A stretch of 64,000 nt of DNA from Candidatus Latescibacterota bacterium (GTDB lineage: Bacteria > Latescibacterota > UBA2968): contig OZ244960.1 in NCBI GenBank assembly GCA_965222605.1, positions 544,001-608,000 of the forward strand, read 5' to 3'. Numbering within the stretch: position 1 is the stretch's first letter; every line of letters starts with the position of its first letter. Under the pieces are notes generated by a model. The model saw nothing but the letters and a program-made list of their open reading frames with translations, was not told where the DNA came from and did no database searches. Shown one piece after another: positions 26,754 to 36,171 of this stretch. A program made the translations under genes and the position numbers.

Positions 26754-28976
26754 CTACCTCCGCGCCTTACTCTGCATCCCCTTCACCGGCCACCACGTTG
26801 GGTCGTCAGTCACCACAAGCCCAGCGACCTGTGCAGTCGGTGTACCGGGTCTCAAGCGCAGCGTGTGCGTCCCGGCTGTGAGCCGGAACACCTCTGGCGT
26901 GCCCGTATGCATATTTCCAGCCGGAGACCAGTGCCACTCGCCCCAGAATCCCCAGGCCATCCACTGGACCTCCAGATCATCATCCACACACAAATCGAAA
27001 TACACATCCAGGGTGTCCGGGCGCACCCGCCCCACATGCTCGTCCTTTGGCCGCTCCCGAATAGACCGGCCCCAGATCGCATAATCTCCGTCCCGAGGCA
27101 CCTCAAACGTCCAGGTTGCCATACCACCTCCCCTGGGGTACAGAGCTTGTCCGACCTCCACCTTCTGCAACCCCATGTTCAGGACCTCGGCATCTTCGGG
27201 TATCAGCTCAATCCGAACCGGCTCAAACGCAGGTGTCTTTCCTCCAACAACCTCCGATGGAGCCGACTCGTTGCCCGCCCGATCTACCGCTGTGACACGG
27301 TAATAATACTCCGTATTCAACGCCAGCCCCCAATCTACAAACTCGGCACTCGAAGGGGACCCCACCAGTGTCTCCTGTCTGCACGCAAAATCGGATACCT
27401 GGCTGGAATACACATTGTAGTGGTCCAGATCCGAATCCTCGACCCCGGACCAGTGTATTCCCAGCGTATTGGCCGACACAGCCTCCACCTGAATCCCTCC
27501 AGGCACACCGGGTGCCGTTGTATCCAAAGCCACCCGAACCTTGCCCCCTCGCTCACCATTTGTACCCACCTCACTGGAAAACTCACTCTCCAGCCCGCTC
27601 CACTCCTGTGCCGTCACTACGTAATATCCCGGCGTTCTCGGTCCCGACCATTTCGTCCCCTCAACCGGTTCTTCCGTCAGTCTTACATAATGCTCGGAAT
27701 GCTCATCCCGCCTGTAAATGTGATATCCCTTTGTCTCGTGACACCGCCGGGGCGCTTCCCAGTTCAGCAAAAGCCTATCTTCCCTCGGACTCACCATCAA
27801 ATTCTGGGGCGGATCGGGGAGCCTGTTCACCACAATATAAAGATCCGCATATTCCCCCATAAAATCGCTATTGAACACCACTTTCGTCCCATCCGGGCTG
27901 CTGTTAGGGTGCGGGTGTGTGGCGTGGTGATCCGGGTGCCACCCCCGCTCATTGTGTGAATACAGCGAACTCATGTGTTTGAACAACACGTGGCATTCCT
28001 CCGACCCATCGGTACGGAAACAGATAATGGCCCCGGGATAGCGGCCCCATTGGGGCGTGTCGGACACAAACCATTCTCCGTCCAGGCACGGCCCTCCGTG
28101 CCCTCCGCTGTCCAGGTGTATAACCGATCGCCGGTTTTCCCCTTTATAAGATACCCCCCACACATGCCCGCCGTCATAATACGTCAGTTCGCTTCCGTCC
28201 ATCGGCCAATCCGGATGCCCGCCGGTATAGGGAATCTCGTGCCGGTCCATCCCATCCGGCAAAATCGTCCACTGTGTCCTCGGATCGTCAAAATTAAAAA
28301 ACAGCCTCCGATCCGCTGACTTGGTAAACCGCAATCGATGCCATCGCCGTTCGAAATGCACCTCCTGCACCGCTCCGTCCAGTCCCACCACATAGGCTAC
28401 AGAAGGCATATCTGGTGGAAATATGCCAGCAGACACCTCCTCATTCCCCTTCTTATCTCCAAAGAGGAACCACTCTTCCGACGGATGTGGCGGCATCATC
28501 TGACCCAGATCCCGATCCACATTCACGATTGCCTCCCGTTCCCCCGTAAACGGGTTTTCGGCTACAATATGCGTGCCCTTCTCATCTACCACTGCGTGGT
28601 AAAATCGATCCGGATAGCGCATACTCCAGAAGCCCGTGTTAATCGGCTTTTTATCCGCTGTCGGCATCGGCCGGAGATTGTCTCCATTTGCATCCATTAA
28701 CCACCGCTTGCGCTCCCCACCCGTGCGCCGGCTCAAAAACCCCAGGACCGATCCATTCGCGTTCCACCCGGGAATGTCGTAATAATCGTTTACACTCACT
28801 GCAGGGTCACATGTAACTCGCCAGGCGATATGTCCTGTTGCAGTGTCGCGAAACACGGTCCGCTCCGATAGAAATGCATCCCCTCGCCTGGTATCCGCCA
28901 GCCTCCGCCTCCCCTTTCGCTTTGCCAGTTCCACCAATCCGTGGAACGGTGCCGGTTGTTTGTCTTCTCTGGACAT
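26754..28976 (-). CDS. Oligogalacturonate-lyase/TolB-like beta-propeller + FN3 + CBM-like protein
   Basis: 'FRDTATG...WRVT', 'HPHPNSSPDGTKVVFNSD', FN3 'YYYRVTAVDRAGNES'; RBS AGGAGG before ATG 28976. Confidence 0.65.
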   Translation of the reverse strand: MSREDKQPAPFHGLVELAKRKGRRRLADTRRGDAFLSERTVFRDTATGHIAWRVTCDPAVSVNDYYDIPGWNANGSVLGFLSRRTGGERKRWLMDANGDNLRPMPTADKKPINTGFWSMRYPDRFYHAVVDEKGTHIVAENPFTGEREAIVNVDRDLGQMMPPHPSEEWFLFGDKKGNEEVSAGIFPPDMPSVAYVVGLDGAVQEVHFERRWHRLRFTKSADRRLFFNFDDPRTQWTILPDGMDRHEIPYTGGHPDWPMDGSELTYYDGGHVWGVSYKGENRRSVIHLDSGGHGGPCLDGEWFVSDTPQWGRYPGAIICFRTDGSEECHVLFKHMSSLYSHNERGWHPDHHATHPHPNSSPDGTKVVFNSDFMGEYADLYIVVNRLPDPPQNLMVSPREDRLLLNWEAPRRCHETKGYHIYRRDEHSEHYVRLTEEPVEGTKWSGPRTPGYYVVTAQEWSGLESEFSSEVGTNGERGGKVRVALDTTAPGVPGGIQVEAVSANTLGIHWSGVEDSDLDHYNVYSSQVSDFACRQETLVGSPSSAEFVDWGLALNTEYYYRVTAVDRAGNESAPSEVVGGKTPAFEPVRIELIPEDAEVLNMGLQKVEVGQALYPRGGGMATWTFEVPRDGDYAIWGRSIRERPKDEHVGRVRPDTLDVYFDLCVDDDLEVQWMAWGFWGEWHWSPAGNMHTGTPEVFRLTAGTHTLRLRPGTPTAQVAGLVVTDDPTWWPVKGMQSKARR

Positions 28977-29037
28977 CGCTAATCCTCCTGAGAACTGTGA
29001 ACAGATTGCACTGCCAATTGCAGTACTCCAAAAAAAT

Positions 29038-29066
29038 AGTTTATCGCCTCTCAAACCGGAAACCAA
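29038..29066 (-). promoter_or_regulatory. Promoter homologous to 6063-6091
   Basis: TTGGTT-17 bp-TAAACT; shares agtttatcgcctctca with copy 1. Confidence 0.5.
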
Positions 29067-29186
29067 ATATGCCGACCTCTATAATGGGCACTTGTGAAGA
29101 TTGGAACTATCTCTTATATTTTTCTAAAAGCTCGGAATTGGGTGTCCTGGAAATTTCCGTGTTTCACAACCCCGAGGATACATCCG

Positions 29187-31625
29187 ATGCATACCACAAA
29201 AAAATCTGTCGCTATCGCCTTGTTGTGCTTCATCTCCTTTACACCACTTGCAGCACAAGAGGCGCAGATCGACTCCCTCATCGCCCTTGGCAAAGCCCAC
29301 TTTGAGGCAGGCAATCAAGACAAAGCCATCACCGCTTTGAACGAGGCCGTCAGCCGGGGGCCGCACCGCATTCAAACCTACCTGACTGTCGGCGATATTT
29401 ACCTCAACGCCGGGCATCTAAACCAGGCCATGAAGGCGTATCAAGAAGCCCTCGATCTCAACGATGCCTCTCCAGAAGCCCAAACCGGTATTGCAGAAGT
29501 CCACTATCGCAAGGCATCCGGCGGCATCACTTCTATCTACCACGCTCGCAGAGCCGTCAGCACAGCCCGGCGTGCCACCCGACTCAATCCAGACTACGCC
29601 CCCGCCTACATCACTCTGGGCCGCGCCTACATCCGCCTGAACGAAAACTATACTGCAGCCGCTCGAGCCTTTGTCGCTGCGCTCGAACGCCAGCCCGACA
29701 ACCCCGAAATCGCCTACCTTCTCGGGGATGCCTATATCGAACTGGCCCGCAACGCAGACGGTGCCCAGCGCAACGCCCGAATGGTACTGGACGCAGCCAC
29801 CTTCAAACGCCTGGAACGCCATCTGGAAACTTCCCGTTTTCTGCCCATAGCTGCCCAGATTCTCTTCGACAAGGGGGTAGCGACAAAGGCCCTCGACACC
29901 TTCGAGCGCTACATCCAGACCTTGCCCGAAACCGAACAGGCCTATTACCGCGACATCACCTTTCTCGCCTCCAAACAGCAGATAGAGACCTACAACCAGA
30001 CGCCAGAAGAAAAGCGCCCCGCCTTCCTCAAACAATTCTGGGCCAAACGCGACTTCGATTTGCTCACCGAAGTCAACGAACGCCTCATCGAACATTATCG
30101 TCGGGTCTGGTATGCCCGGACACACTTCAGCCGAAGCCAAATCCCCTGGGATGCCCGAGGCGAGATATACATCCGCTACGGCGACCCCGACTATCGCGCA
30201 TATTCGGATCGCCAGAATCCGGACATGAATCCGGCTGTGACACAGATCAAAGAACGTCTGGCCCTGGCCCTTTACGGCCCGGAATCCCTCGACGAAACCT
30301 TTGTCGGGCCGGTCTATCCCGTGCGTAGCAACCAGTCGTTTGTAGGCGTGCTCGACCCGGCATCCATCCGGTACGTAGATGAGGGCGGCAACCTCCTCAG
30401 TGAAGATGCCCTCCTCGATGCAGCCGGCGAAGGAACAACAGATGAAGTCAATGAGAGTTTACAGGCGACCAGTGCATTCCAGAACTTTCTGCAAAGCCAG
30501 ATGCGACCGGAGAATGCCCACCACTATCGGCCCGTCACCTCTCAGGGAGATATGACCATCGTCCCCTGGGAAACCTGGATCTACACCCGAATCAGCGAGG
30601 GCATCGAAATTACCTTCACCGACGAATTGGGCAAGGGCCTCTACGGCTATGCGCCCATTCCGGACTTTCCCGAAGGGGAAGGCTCAATCGGCCTGCACCG
30701 GTTTTCCCAGTATGCCTATTACGCTCCCCAGGCCATTGCAGCGCGCACCGTCGCAGATATTCCGGAATACTACCGCCCCGGCGGGCCGATGTCGGGCCTC
30801 GAATTCTCCTACGACTTTGCCGACTTTCGCGCAGATAGTGGCCAGACCCGCCTCGAAGTCTATTATGCCATCGCCCCTTCCGAAATGGGCACCATTGCAT
30901 CCGGGGACACCAGCACCATTCTCGCCGATTGTGCGATTGTGCTGACCGACACGGCTTACACCCATATCTACCGGGAGGAAATCCCGCTCCGATACCGGGT
31001 CATCGGGCACCGCAAATGGCCCGAAGATGCTTTCATCCCCAACCTCCTCTCCCTGGACATCCCATCGGGAGATTACCTGCTCACCGTCCAGCTCAACGAC
31101 GCAGTAGCGGAGAGAAAGGGGATCTATCGGCACCGTATCCGCGTCGAACCCTACGGACCGGACGTCCTCCAGATCAGCGATATCCAGCTAAGCTGGAACA
31201 TCTCTGACCGGGGTGGAAATGCAAAATTCCGCAAGGGCGACGTCTGGGTCGTACCCATGACCACTCGGGCCTATCAGGAAAATCAAAGCGCCTATGCCTA
31301 CTACGAACTCTACAATCTCTCCCGCGACCACTTCGGACAGACCCGCTACCGGATTACCTACACCATCGGATCCGAAGACCCCAAACGGCCTTTCAACCTG
31401 GTGCGCAGTAGCTTTTCAGCCCTCACCAAACTCTTTCAACGGGAACAAAAGACCCAGGTCCGCGTCAGCTTCGACCAGACCGCCACGGAGACCTCGCCGA
31501 TCGGCTATTTTGAATTGAGCCTGAAAAAAGTCAGGCCCGGCTACAACCGCCTCACCGTCACAGTGGAAGACCTCAATAACGACCAGACCGCAACCAAAGA
31601 GATCCTGTTTCGCTACAAAAGATAA
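29187..31625 (+). CDS. TPR + GWxTD-domain protein (copy 2)
   Basis: Collinear, highly similar paralog of 6195-8663; PWDARGEIYIRYGDPD. Confidence 0.85.
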   Translation: MHTTKKSVAIALLCFISFTPLAAQEAQIDSLIALGKAHFEAGNQDKAITALNEAVSRGPHRIQTYLTVGDIYLNAGHLNQAMKAYQEALDLNDASPEAQTGIAEVHYRKASGGITSIYHARRAVSTARRATRLNPDYAPAYITLGRAYIRLNENYTAAARAFVAALERQPDNPEIAYLLGDAYIELARNADGAQRNARMVLDAATFKRLERHLETSRFLPIAAQILFDKGVATKALDTFERYIQTLPETEQAYYRDITFLASKQQIETYNQTPEEKRPAFLKQFWAKRDFDLLTEVNERLIEHYRRVWYARTHFSRSQIPWDARGEIYIRYGDPDYRAYSDRQNPDMNPAVTQIKERLALALYGPESLDETFVGPVYPVRSNQSFVGVLDPASIRYVDEGGNLLSEDALLDAAGEGTTDEVNESLQATSAFQNFLQSQMRPENAHHYRPVTSQGDMTIVPWETWIYTRISEGIEITFTDELGKGLYGYAPIPDFPEGEGSIGLHRFSQYAYYAPQAIAARTVADIPEYYRPGGPMSGLEFSYDFADFRADSGQTRLEVYYAIAPSEMGTIASGDTSTILADCAIVLTDTAYTHIYREEIPLRYRVIGHRKWPEDAFIPNLLSLDIPSGDYLLTVQLNDAVAERKGIYRHRIRVEPYGPDVLQISDIQLSWNISDRGGNAKFRKGDVWVVPMTTRAYQENQSAYAYYELYNLSRDHFGQTRYRITYTIGSEDPKRPFNLVRSSFSALTKLFQREQKTQVRVSFDQTATETSPIGYFELSLKKVRPGYNRLTVTVEDLNNDQTATKEILFRYKR

Positions 31626-31651
31626 ATAGCAGCGGGGACTTATCTTATATT

Positions 31652-31691
31652 AAAAAAAAGAGGTGGCCGGATATCCGGCCACCCTATTGTT
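31652..31691. terminator. Rho-independent terminator between convergent genes
   Basis: Perfect palindrome ggtggccggatatccggccacc (31662-31683) preceded by an A-run (U-tract for the minus strand). Confidence 0.8.
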
Positions 31692-31710
31692 GGAATTTTT
31701 CTGGAGACGT

Positions 31711-32673
31711 TTATAATTTGATCCCCATCGAAAAACGCAACGGCACCTCCAGATTGTAACGGCTTTTCTGCCAGGCGAAATCCATGGTGAGTACGCGCCC
31801 GACAATGGGCACCTTCAGCCCGCCCCCAGCTACGAAGCTGAAGACATCGTAGTTGAACATATACCCGGCACGCAGAGCCAGCACCTTCATCAGCCAGGCC
31901 TCCCCGCCCACATGGTAGCGCTCCTCGGCATTGACGGTAAAATTCATCTCAAATGCCCCGGTCAAGAAGAACGGGTCGCCCTTAGTGCCGTAAAGTTCTC
32001 CCGCACCAGCCAGGATGAACATCAGCGGCTGCTGAAACTCTCGGCGCAAAATTTGTATGTCCTTCCCAAAATTCCGCATCGACATCGCCAGCCGGAAATC
32101 TCGAAATCCGGTCTGGAAAGTAGTCCCGAAATCAATGCTAAAAGTCGAGTAATCCACCAGATCCAGGCTCTCTCGCAACCACATAAACCGCACCCCAAAC
32201 GAGAGCTTGTCCGTAAACCTGCGCGCGTAGGCTGCGCCCATCCCCACCGTGCCCAAATCCAGCATCCGACCCGTACCTTGAGGCTCCAAAATCGTTGTCT
32301 CTTCCACTTCCTCTGGGGCAAAACTCATAAAATTTACTGCAACCGCATGGATCCCCTTTCGAAAGCCGATCGCCCCCGAACTGAATTGCGAATTCACAAA
32401 CCACCGCGAGTGGTTGAGCGATATCTCTGCCCGCTCCATTCCCACCAGCCCCGACGGATTCCACCAGATCGCATTGACATCATCTACCACGGGTGTAAAC
32501 GCCTTTCCCATGGCAATGCCCCGGGCATCCTGCGCCACCTCCTGAGCCGAAAAAACCGTCAGCCCAAACCGTCTCACGATCGCCCCGGCGTCCGCCGGAT
32601 CGGACCACGCCAGCAAGACCACCGCCAGACTCCATCCAATGAATAGTCTTTTATACATGGCACGCTTATACAT
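31711..32673 (-). CDS. PorV/PorQ-family outer-membrane beta-barrel (copy 2)
   Basis: 'ARGIAMGKA...DDVNAIWWNPSG', LALRAGY; paralog of 8733-9674. Confidence 0.85.
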   Translation of the reverse strand: MYKRAMYKRLFIGWSLAVVLLAWSDPADAGAIVRRFGLTVFSAQEVAQDARGIAMGKAFTPVVDDVNAIWWNPSGLVGMERAEISLNHSRWFVNSQFSSGAIGFRKGIHAVAVNFMSFAPEEVEETTILEPQGTGRMLDLGTVGMGAAYARRFTDKLSFGVRFMWLRESLDLVDYSTFSIDFGTTFQTGFRDFRLAMSMRNFGKDIQILRREFQQPLMFILAGAGELYGTKGDPFFLTGAFEMNFTVNAEERYHVGGEAWLMKVLALRAGYMFNYDVFSFVAGGGLKVPIVGRVLTMDFAWQKSRYNLEVPLRFSMGIKL

Positions 32674-32680
32674 GGCACGC
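32651..32680. repeat. Perfect 15-bp tandem duplication spanning the porV start codon
   Basis: ttatacatggcacgc x2, giving MYKRA-MYKR. Confidence 0.9.
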
Positions 32681-32688
32681 TCTCCTTA

Positions 32689-33615
32689 GAAGCTGTTTTA
32701 AAACCCCTCGCTTAAGCGAGTCTGTTGATTAAGAGGTAAATCATAACGATGTAAATAAAGGCTTCACTACTGTCGGTCAAGTCTTCATAATCCTTTGATA
32801 GTCGGCGAAAATTAAATAACCAGGCAAAGGTGCGCTCGACGACCCACCGGCGTTTGACGAGTTGAAAGCCTTTGCCTTTTGGGGTGACAACCTCAAGATC
32901 AATCTTATGTGTGTGCTTCTTAGCAGCGACCCATTCTTTAAGGTCTTCGCCGCGATAGCCGCCATCGACCCATAGCTTGCGTAAGCGTGTCTGTCCGCTA
33001 TCAAAATACTGATTGATCACCTGCTTGAGGCCATCTCGATCTTGGAGATTGGCAGGTGAGACATAGGTGCTAATGACGAGTCCGAGGGTATCAACGAGAA
33101 GATGGCGTTTGCGTCCATTGACCTTTTTGCCAGCATCGTAACCCTTTGACTTTCCTTGGGTTGCTGTCTTAACACTTTGGCTGTCAATGCAGCCTGCTGA
33201 TGCGGTAGGCTTGCGTCCCTGTCGTTTGCGTTCTTTTTGTGTGAGCACCTGTTGCACCCGTTCAAAGATGCCTTGCTTGCGCCAACGATTGAAATAGCCA
33301 TACACGGTCTGCCAACAGCCAAAGGTAGGAGGCAGCATGCGCCATTGGCAGCCGGTCTTCGTCAGATACAGGATGCCATTGAACACTTGTTGCAAATTGG
33401 CAGGTGGGCGTCCAGAGCCCCCTTTTCGCCATTTACCTTTAGGCAGCAAGAGGATCAGCAGTTGCCATTGCGCTTGGGTGACATTTGTCGGATATTCCCT
33501 GTGCGTATTCATCTTTGTCCTTTCGTTTCAGGGTGATTTGCATAACCTGAATTTGGACAGATGAATACGCTTTTTCAACTCTTTTCTTCACTCACAATAG
33601 TTTTAAAACAGCTTC
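32689..33615 (-). mobile_element. IS5-family (IS1031-type) insertion sequence, 927 bp
   Basis: Perfect 16-bp terminal inverted repeats gaagctgttttaaaac/gttttaaaacagcttc, TTA target duplication (32686-32688, 33616-33618), intact transposase. Confidence 0.95.
32712..33512 (-). CDS. IS5-family DDE transposase
   Basis: 'TGCQWRMLP', 'IDSQSVK', 'GYDAGKKVNGRKRHLLVDTLG', 'VDGGY', 'RWVVERTFAW...RRLSKDYE'. Confidence 0.95.
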   Translation of the reverse strand: MNTHREYPTNVTQAQWQLLILLLPKGKWRKGGSGRPPANLQQVFNGILYLTKTGCQWRMLPPTFGCWQTVYGYFNRWRKQGIFERVQQVLTQKERKRQGRKPTASAGCIDSQSVKTATQGKSKGYDAGKKVNGRKRHLLVDTLGLVISTYVSPANLQDRDGLKQVINQYFDSGQTRLRKLWVDGGYRGEDLKEWVAAKKHTHKIDLEVVTPKGKGFQLVKRRWVVERTFAWLFNFRRLSKDYEDLTDSSEAFIYIVMIYLLINRLA

Positions 33616-33621
33616 TTAAAA

Positions 33622-36105
33622 TTACTGGGCGGTTGTGATCCCTCCAACAACCACGAATGTCCCGCGCTGGATCTCTCCGAGGCTCTCTGGCATCTCAGAC
33701 TCCACCACAAAGAAGTAGAGCCCCGGACTCAGCAACCCACTCACCTCTCGCGTCTCCTGGAAAAAGCTCGCCTCACCCGTACTCGGATTGTCGTGGGTGA
33801 ACTCGGCCACAAAGTTCCCTGAGACTGAGAAAACCTTCACATTGCACTTGGCCGGCAGGTTCACAAACCGGATCTTATCCGACCCCGTATAGGCATGCGT
33901 CCCATCGGCCAGGAAGGGGTTGGGCACCACCTTTACTTTACGCTCCAGCATGTTGGCCTCTACGTTGGACGCCACAGCAGGGCTGAAGGGCGGGTCTTCG
34001 TAGCGGAAGACTTGCTCTGCAGCCGAAAGCCCACTCTCCAGAGACGGCACCGGGCCGCGCCCCTTGAAATCGTTGTGCCCCGTATCGTAGGCGGTAACAG
34101 CAAAATAATACTGGAAGCCGGATAGGGCAGTATCATCCACAAATGTGTACTTGTCCGTAGATGGATCGTAGTAGGTCGGATCTCCCCTCGGGATATCCTT
34201 CAACAGTTTCCAGTTATCTACGTAAAAATCACTCCGATAAACCCGGTAGCCGGCCACATCCTTGGCCTCCGGGGTGCCGGCGTAATCCGGGTCTTCCAGA
34301 TCGTCCAGGCTCCCCCAGGTCAGATCGACGGTGGCGTCCACTGTGTTTTTCTTAGTCATCAGTACATCCGGCGGCGGCAGAGGCACATCGTATTCCAGGT
34401 CGTAAAGCTCTCTGGCTTTCCGAGCGTGCTTAATCAGATTTTGCATCGCTTTGTCCGTCTTCAGATCCGCCTGATTCTGCGGGATATTATCGTGCTGCCA
34501 GCCCCACATATTCTCCTCAACCGGCATTGCCGCCACAAAGGCCATCACAATTTTGACCTTGTCCCCCGGCTTCAGATCGTAAGGTCCGTAGGTATGTGCA
34601 AACGCATACCAGTTGGGAGACCTCGGAACATCGGCCGTTTCCCCGCTTCGGGACGGATTATTCTCCACTGGCAATGGCTCGGTCGGGTTCTCCGGCCAGC
34701 CCGTGCGCCCGTCCAGGTTGAACATGCTCGGGCGCTCGCCCAGTCGCGTCACCGACACCAACGCCAGAGCAATTTCGTCCTCGCTGTGCCGGTTGATCTC
34801 CGGTTCCTCTTTGTGCGGGAACCAGGGCACGGCAAAGGGCTGATCCATCACCCTGGGGGGTACGTAGGTCTCGCTGTCGTTGGCAAACCCGTCGGTCGGG
34901 TTCCAATCCAGGGGAATCACTCCCACGTACTGCCCCGCCATAATTTCTCCCCGTTCCTGGAAATTCTGCCGCCCCCGGCAGCACTGAATCTCGGGAACGT
35001 GAGGATCGCCCACATCGTCCCACGCCGTCAGTGGAGAATCCCAGTCAAACGCGTAGCTCATCTTCAGCCCGATGGCATCGGCCACATCGGCGTGTACCGG
35101 GTCTGCCGCCATATAGTTGGGCGCTTCCGTGTAGCGATAGACATCGTCGGTAACAATATCGTAGTTCCGCGACTCGGGCCACCGCAACAGCCAAATCTGG
35201 AACCCCAGCCCACCAATTACCCCGATATCGAAATTGGATGTGCCCCCTTCCGTGGGCCACAAATAATTGTAAAATGAAAAATACGTGTCGTTCAGGGTCA
35301 ACCCGGCCCCTCCGTTTAAATCCGCCGTCCCGTCTCCATCGGTATCTCCTGTATTCTCAAAGATATTCTCCACTATAATAAAGTCGTCGTAATCCCGGAA
35401 ACTCCACTGGTAAATCTTCTTTGTGCCCGTAATACCCGTCTCTGTCGTCCAGTGAGAAATCCCCAGCACTTCGCCAAACCGCTTGTGTTCCGGCTTCATG
35501 TACTTGCCGAAGTCGTTGTTGTGGATCTCCAGCACCTTGTTCGCATCCAGATGGGGGCCTCCATCTGCCCACCAACTCGCCATCGGCAATTCTGCCACCG
35601 GATGGAGGTGCTCAAAACCAACCCCGGCTACCCCTTCGGGCATGGATTCAATCGGATAGCGCACGGGCGTAATATCCGAACTTACCGAAAGCCCCGAAAA
35701 TGACACATTGTAGGTCTTGGCCCCATCGGGCTTGTATTCTGCCGGATCGGGCCTGGTAATGATATAGGTGCCCAGATTTCGGGCCGTGGAAGTCCGGTTC
35801 AAGTATTTCTGCATATGCGTCCTGGCCCCCGGCCACTGCCGAGCACTCCAGAGACTGCCGGTCAACCGGTTCCGGCCCGGATAGTTGACACCATCGGTGC
35901 TGGTTCGCCGGGATCCATCCCGGTCAGGCCCGTGCTGTCCGAAGTTCGTCAGACCCGTCCACACCTTGGCGCGCCTCAGATTCCGGTACTCCCCTTTCGG
36001 AATAATCTGTGCCCAGGCCACATCCCAGACCAGAACGGCCACCAGAAGCGCTCCGAAGATCACCCTCGCACAGGCCACCAGTGATATTCTGTGTACCCTT
36101 GTCAT
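33622..36105 (-). CDS. Large secreted protein with FN3-like and T9SS type-A-like C-terminal domain (copy 2)
   Basis: Collinear paralog of 9727-12231; VVPNPF...PGLYFFVV CTD pattern. Confidence 0.75.
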   Translation of the reverse strand: MTRVHRISLVACARVIFGALLVAVLVWDVAWAQIIPKGEYRNLRRAKVWTGLTNFGQHGPDRDGSRRTSTDGVNYPGRNRLTGSLWSARQWPGARTHMQKYLNRTSTARNLGTYIITRPDPAEYKPDGAKTYNVSFSGLSVSSDITPVRYPIESMPEGVAGVGFEHLHPVAELPMASWWADGGPHLDANKVLEIHNNDFGKYMKPEHKRFGEVLGISHWTTETGITGTKKIYQWSFRDYDDFIIVENIFENTGDTDGDGTADLNGGAGLTLNDTYFSFYNYLWPTEGGTSNFDIGVIGGLGFQIWLLRWPESRNYDIVTDDVYRYTEAPNYMAADPVHADVADAIGLKMSYAFDWDSPLTAWDDVGDPHVPEIQCCRGRQNFQERGEIMAGQYVGVIPLDWNPTDGFANDSETYVPPRVMDQPFAVPWFPHKEEPEINRHSEDEIALALVSVTRLGERPSMFNLDGRTGWPENPTEPLPVENNPSRSGETADVPRSPNWYAFAHTYGPYDLKPGDKVKIVMAFVAAMPVEENMWGWQHDNIPQNQADLKTDKAMQNLIKHARKARELYDLEYDVPLPPPDVLMTKKNTVDATVDLTWGSLDDLEDPDYAGTPEAKDVAGYRVYRSDFYVDNWKLLKDIPRGDPTYYDPSTDKYTFVDDTALSGFQYYFAVTAYDTGHNDFKGRGPVPSLESGLSAAEQVFRYEDPPFSPAVASNVEANMLERKVKVVPNPFLADGTHAYTGSDKIRFVNLPAKCNVKVFSVSGNFVAEFTHDNPSTGEASFFQETREVSGLLSPGLYFFVVESEMPESLGEIQRGTFVVVGGITTAQ

Positions 36106-36125
36106 AACATGGCTCCTCTATTGAG

Positions 36126-36161
36126 GGTTGGAAATCGAGCAGATTCGCCCGATCTCCAACC
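36126..36161 (-). promoter_or_regulatory. Intercistronic mRNA stem-loop between TBDR and cargo gene (copy 2)
   Basis: Minus strand ggttggagatcgggc-gaatct-gctcgatttccaacc: 15-bp stem with two G-U pairs. Confidence 0.65.
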
Positions 36162-36171
36162 GCTTTGCTAT

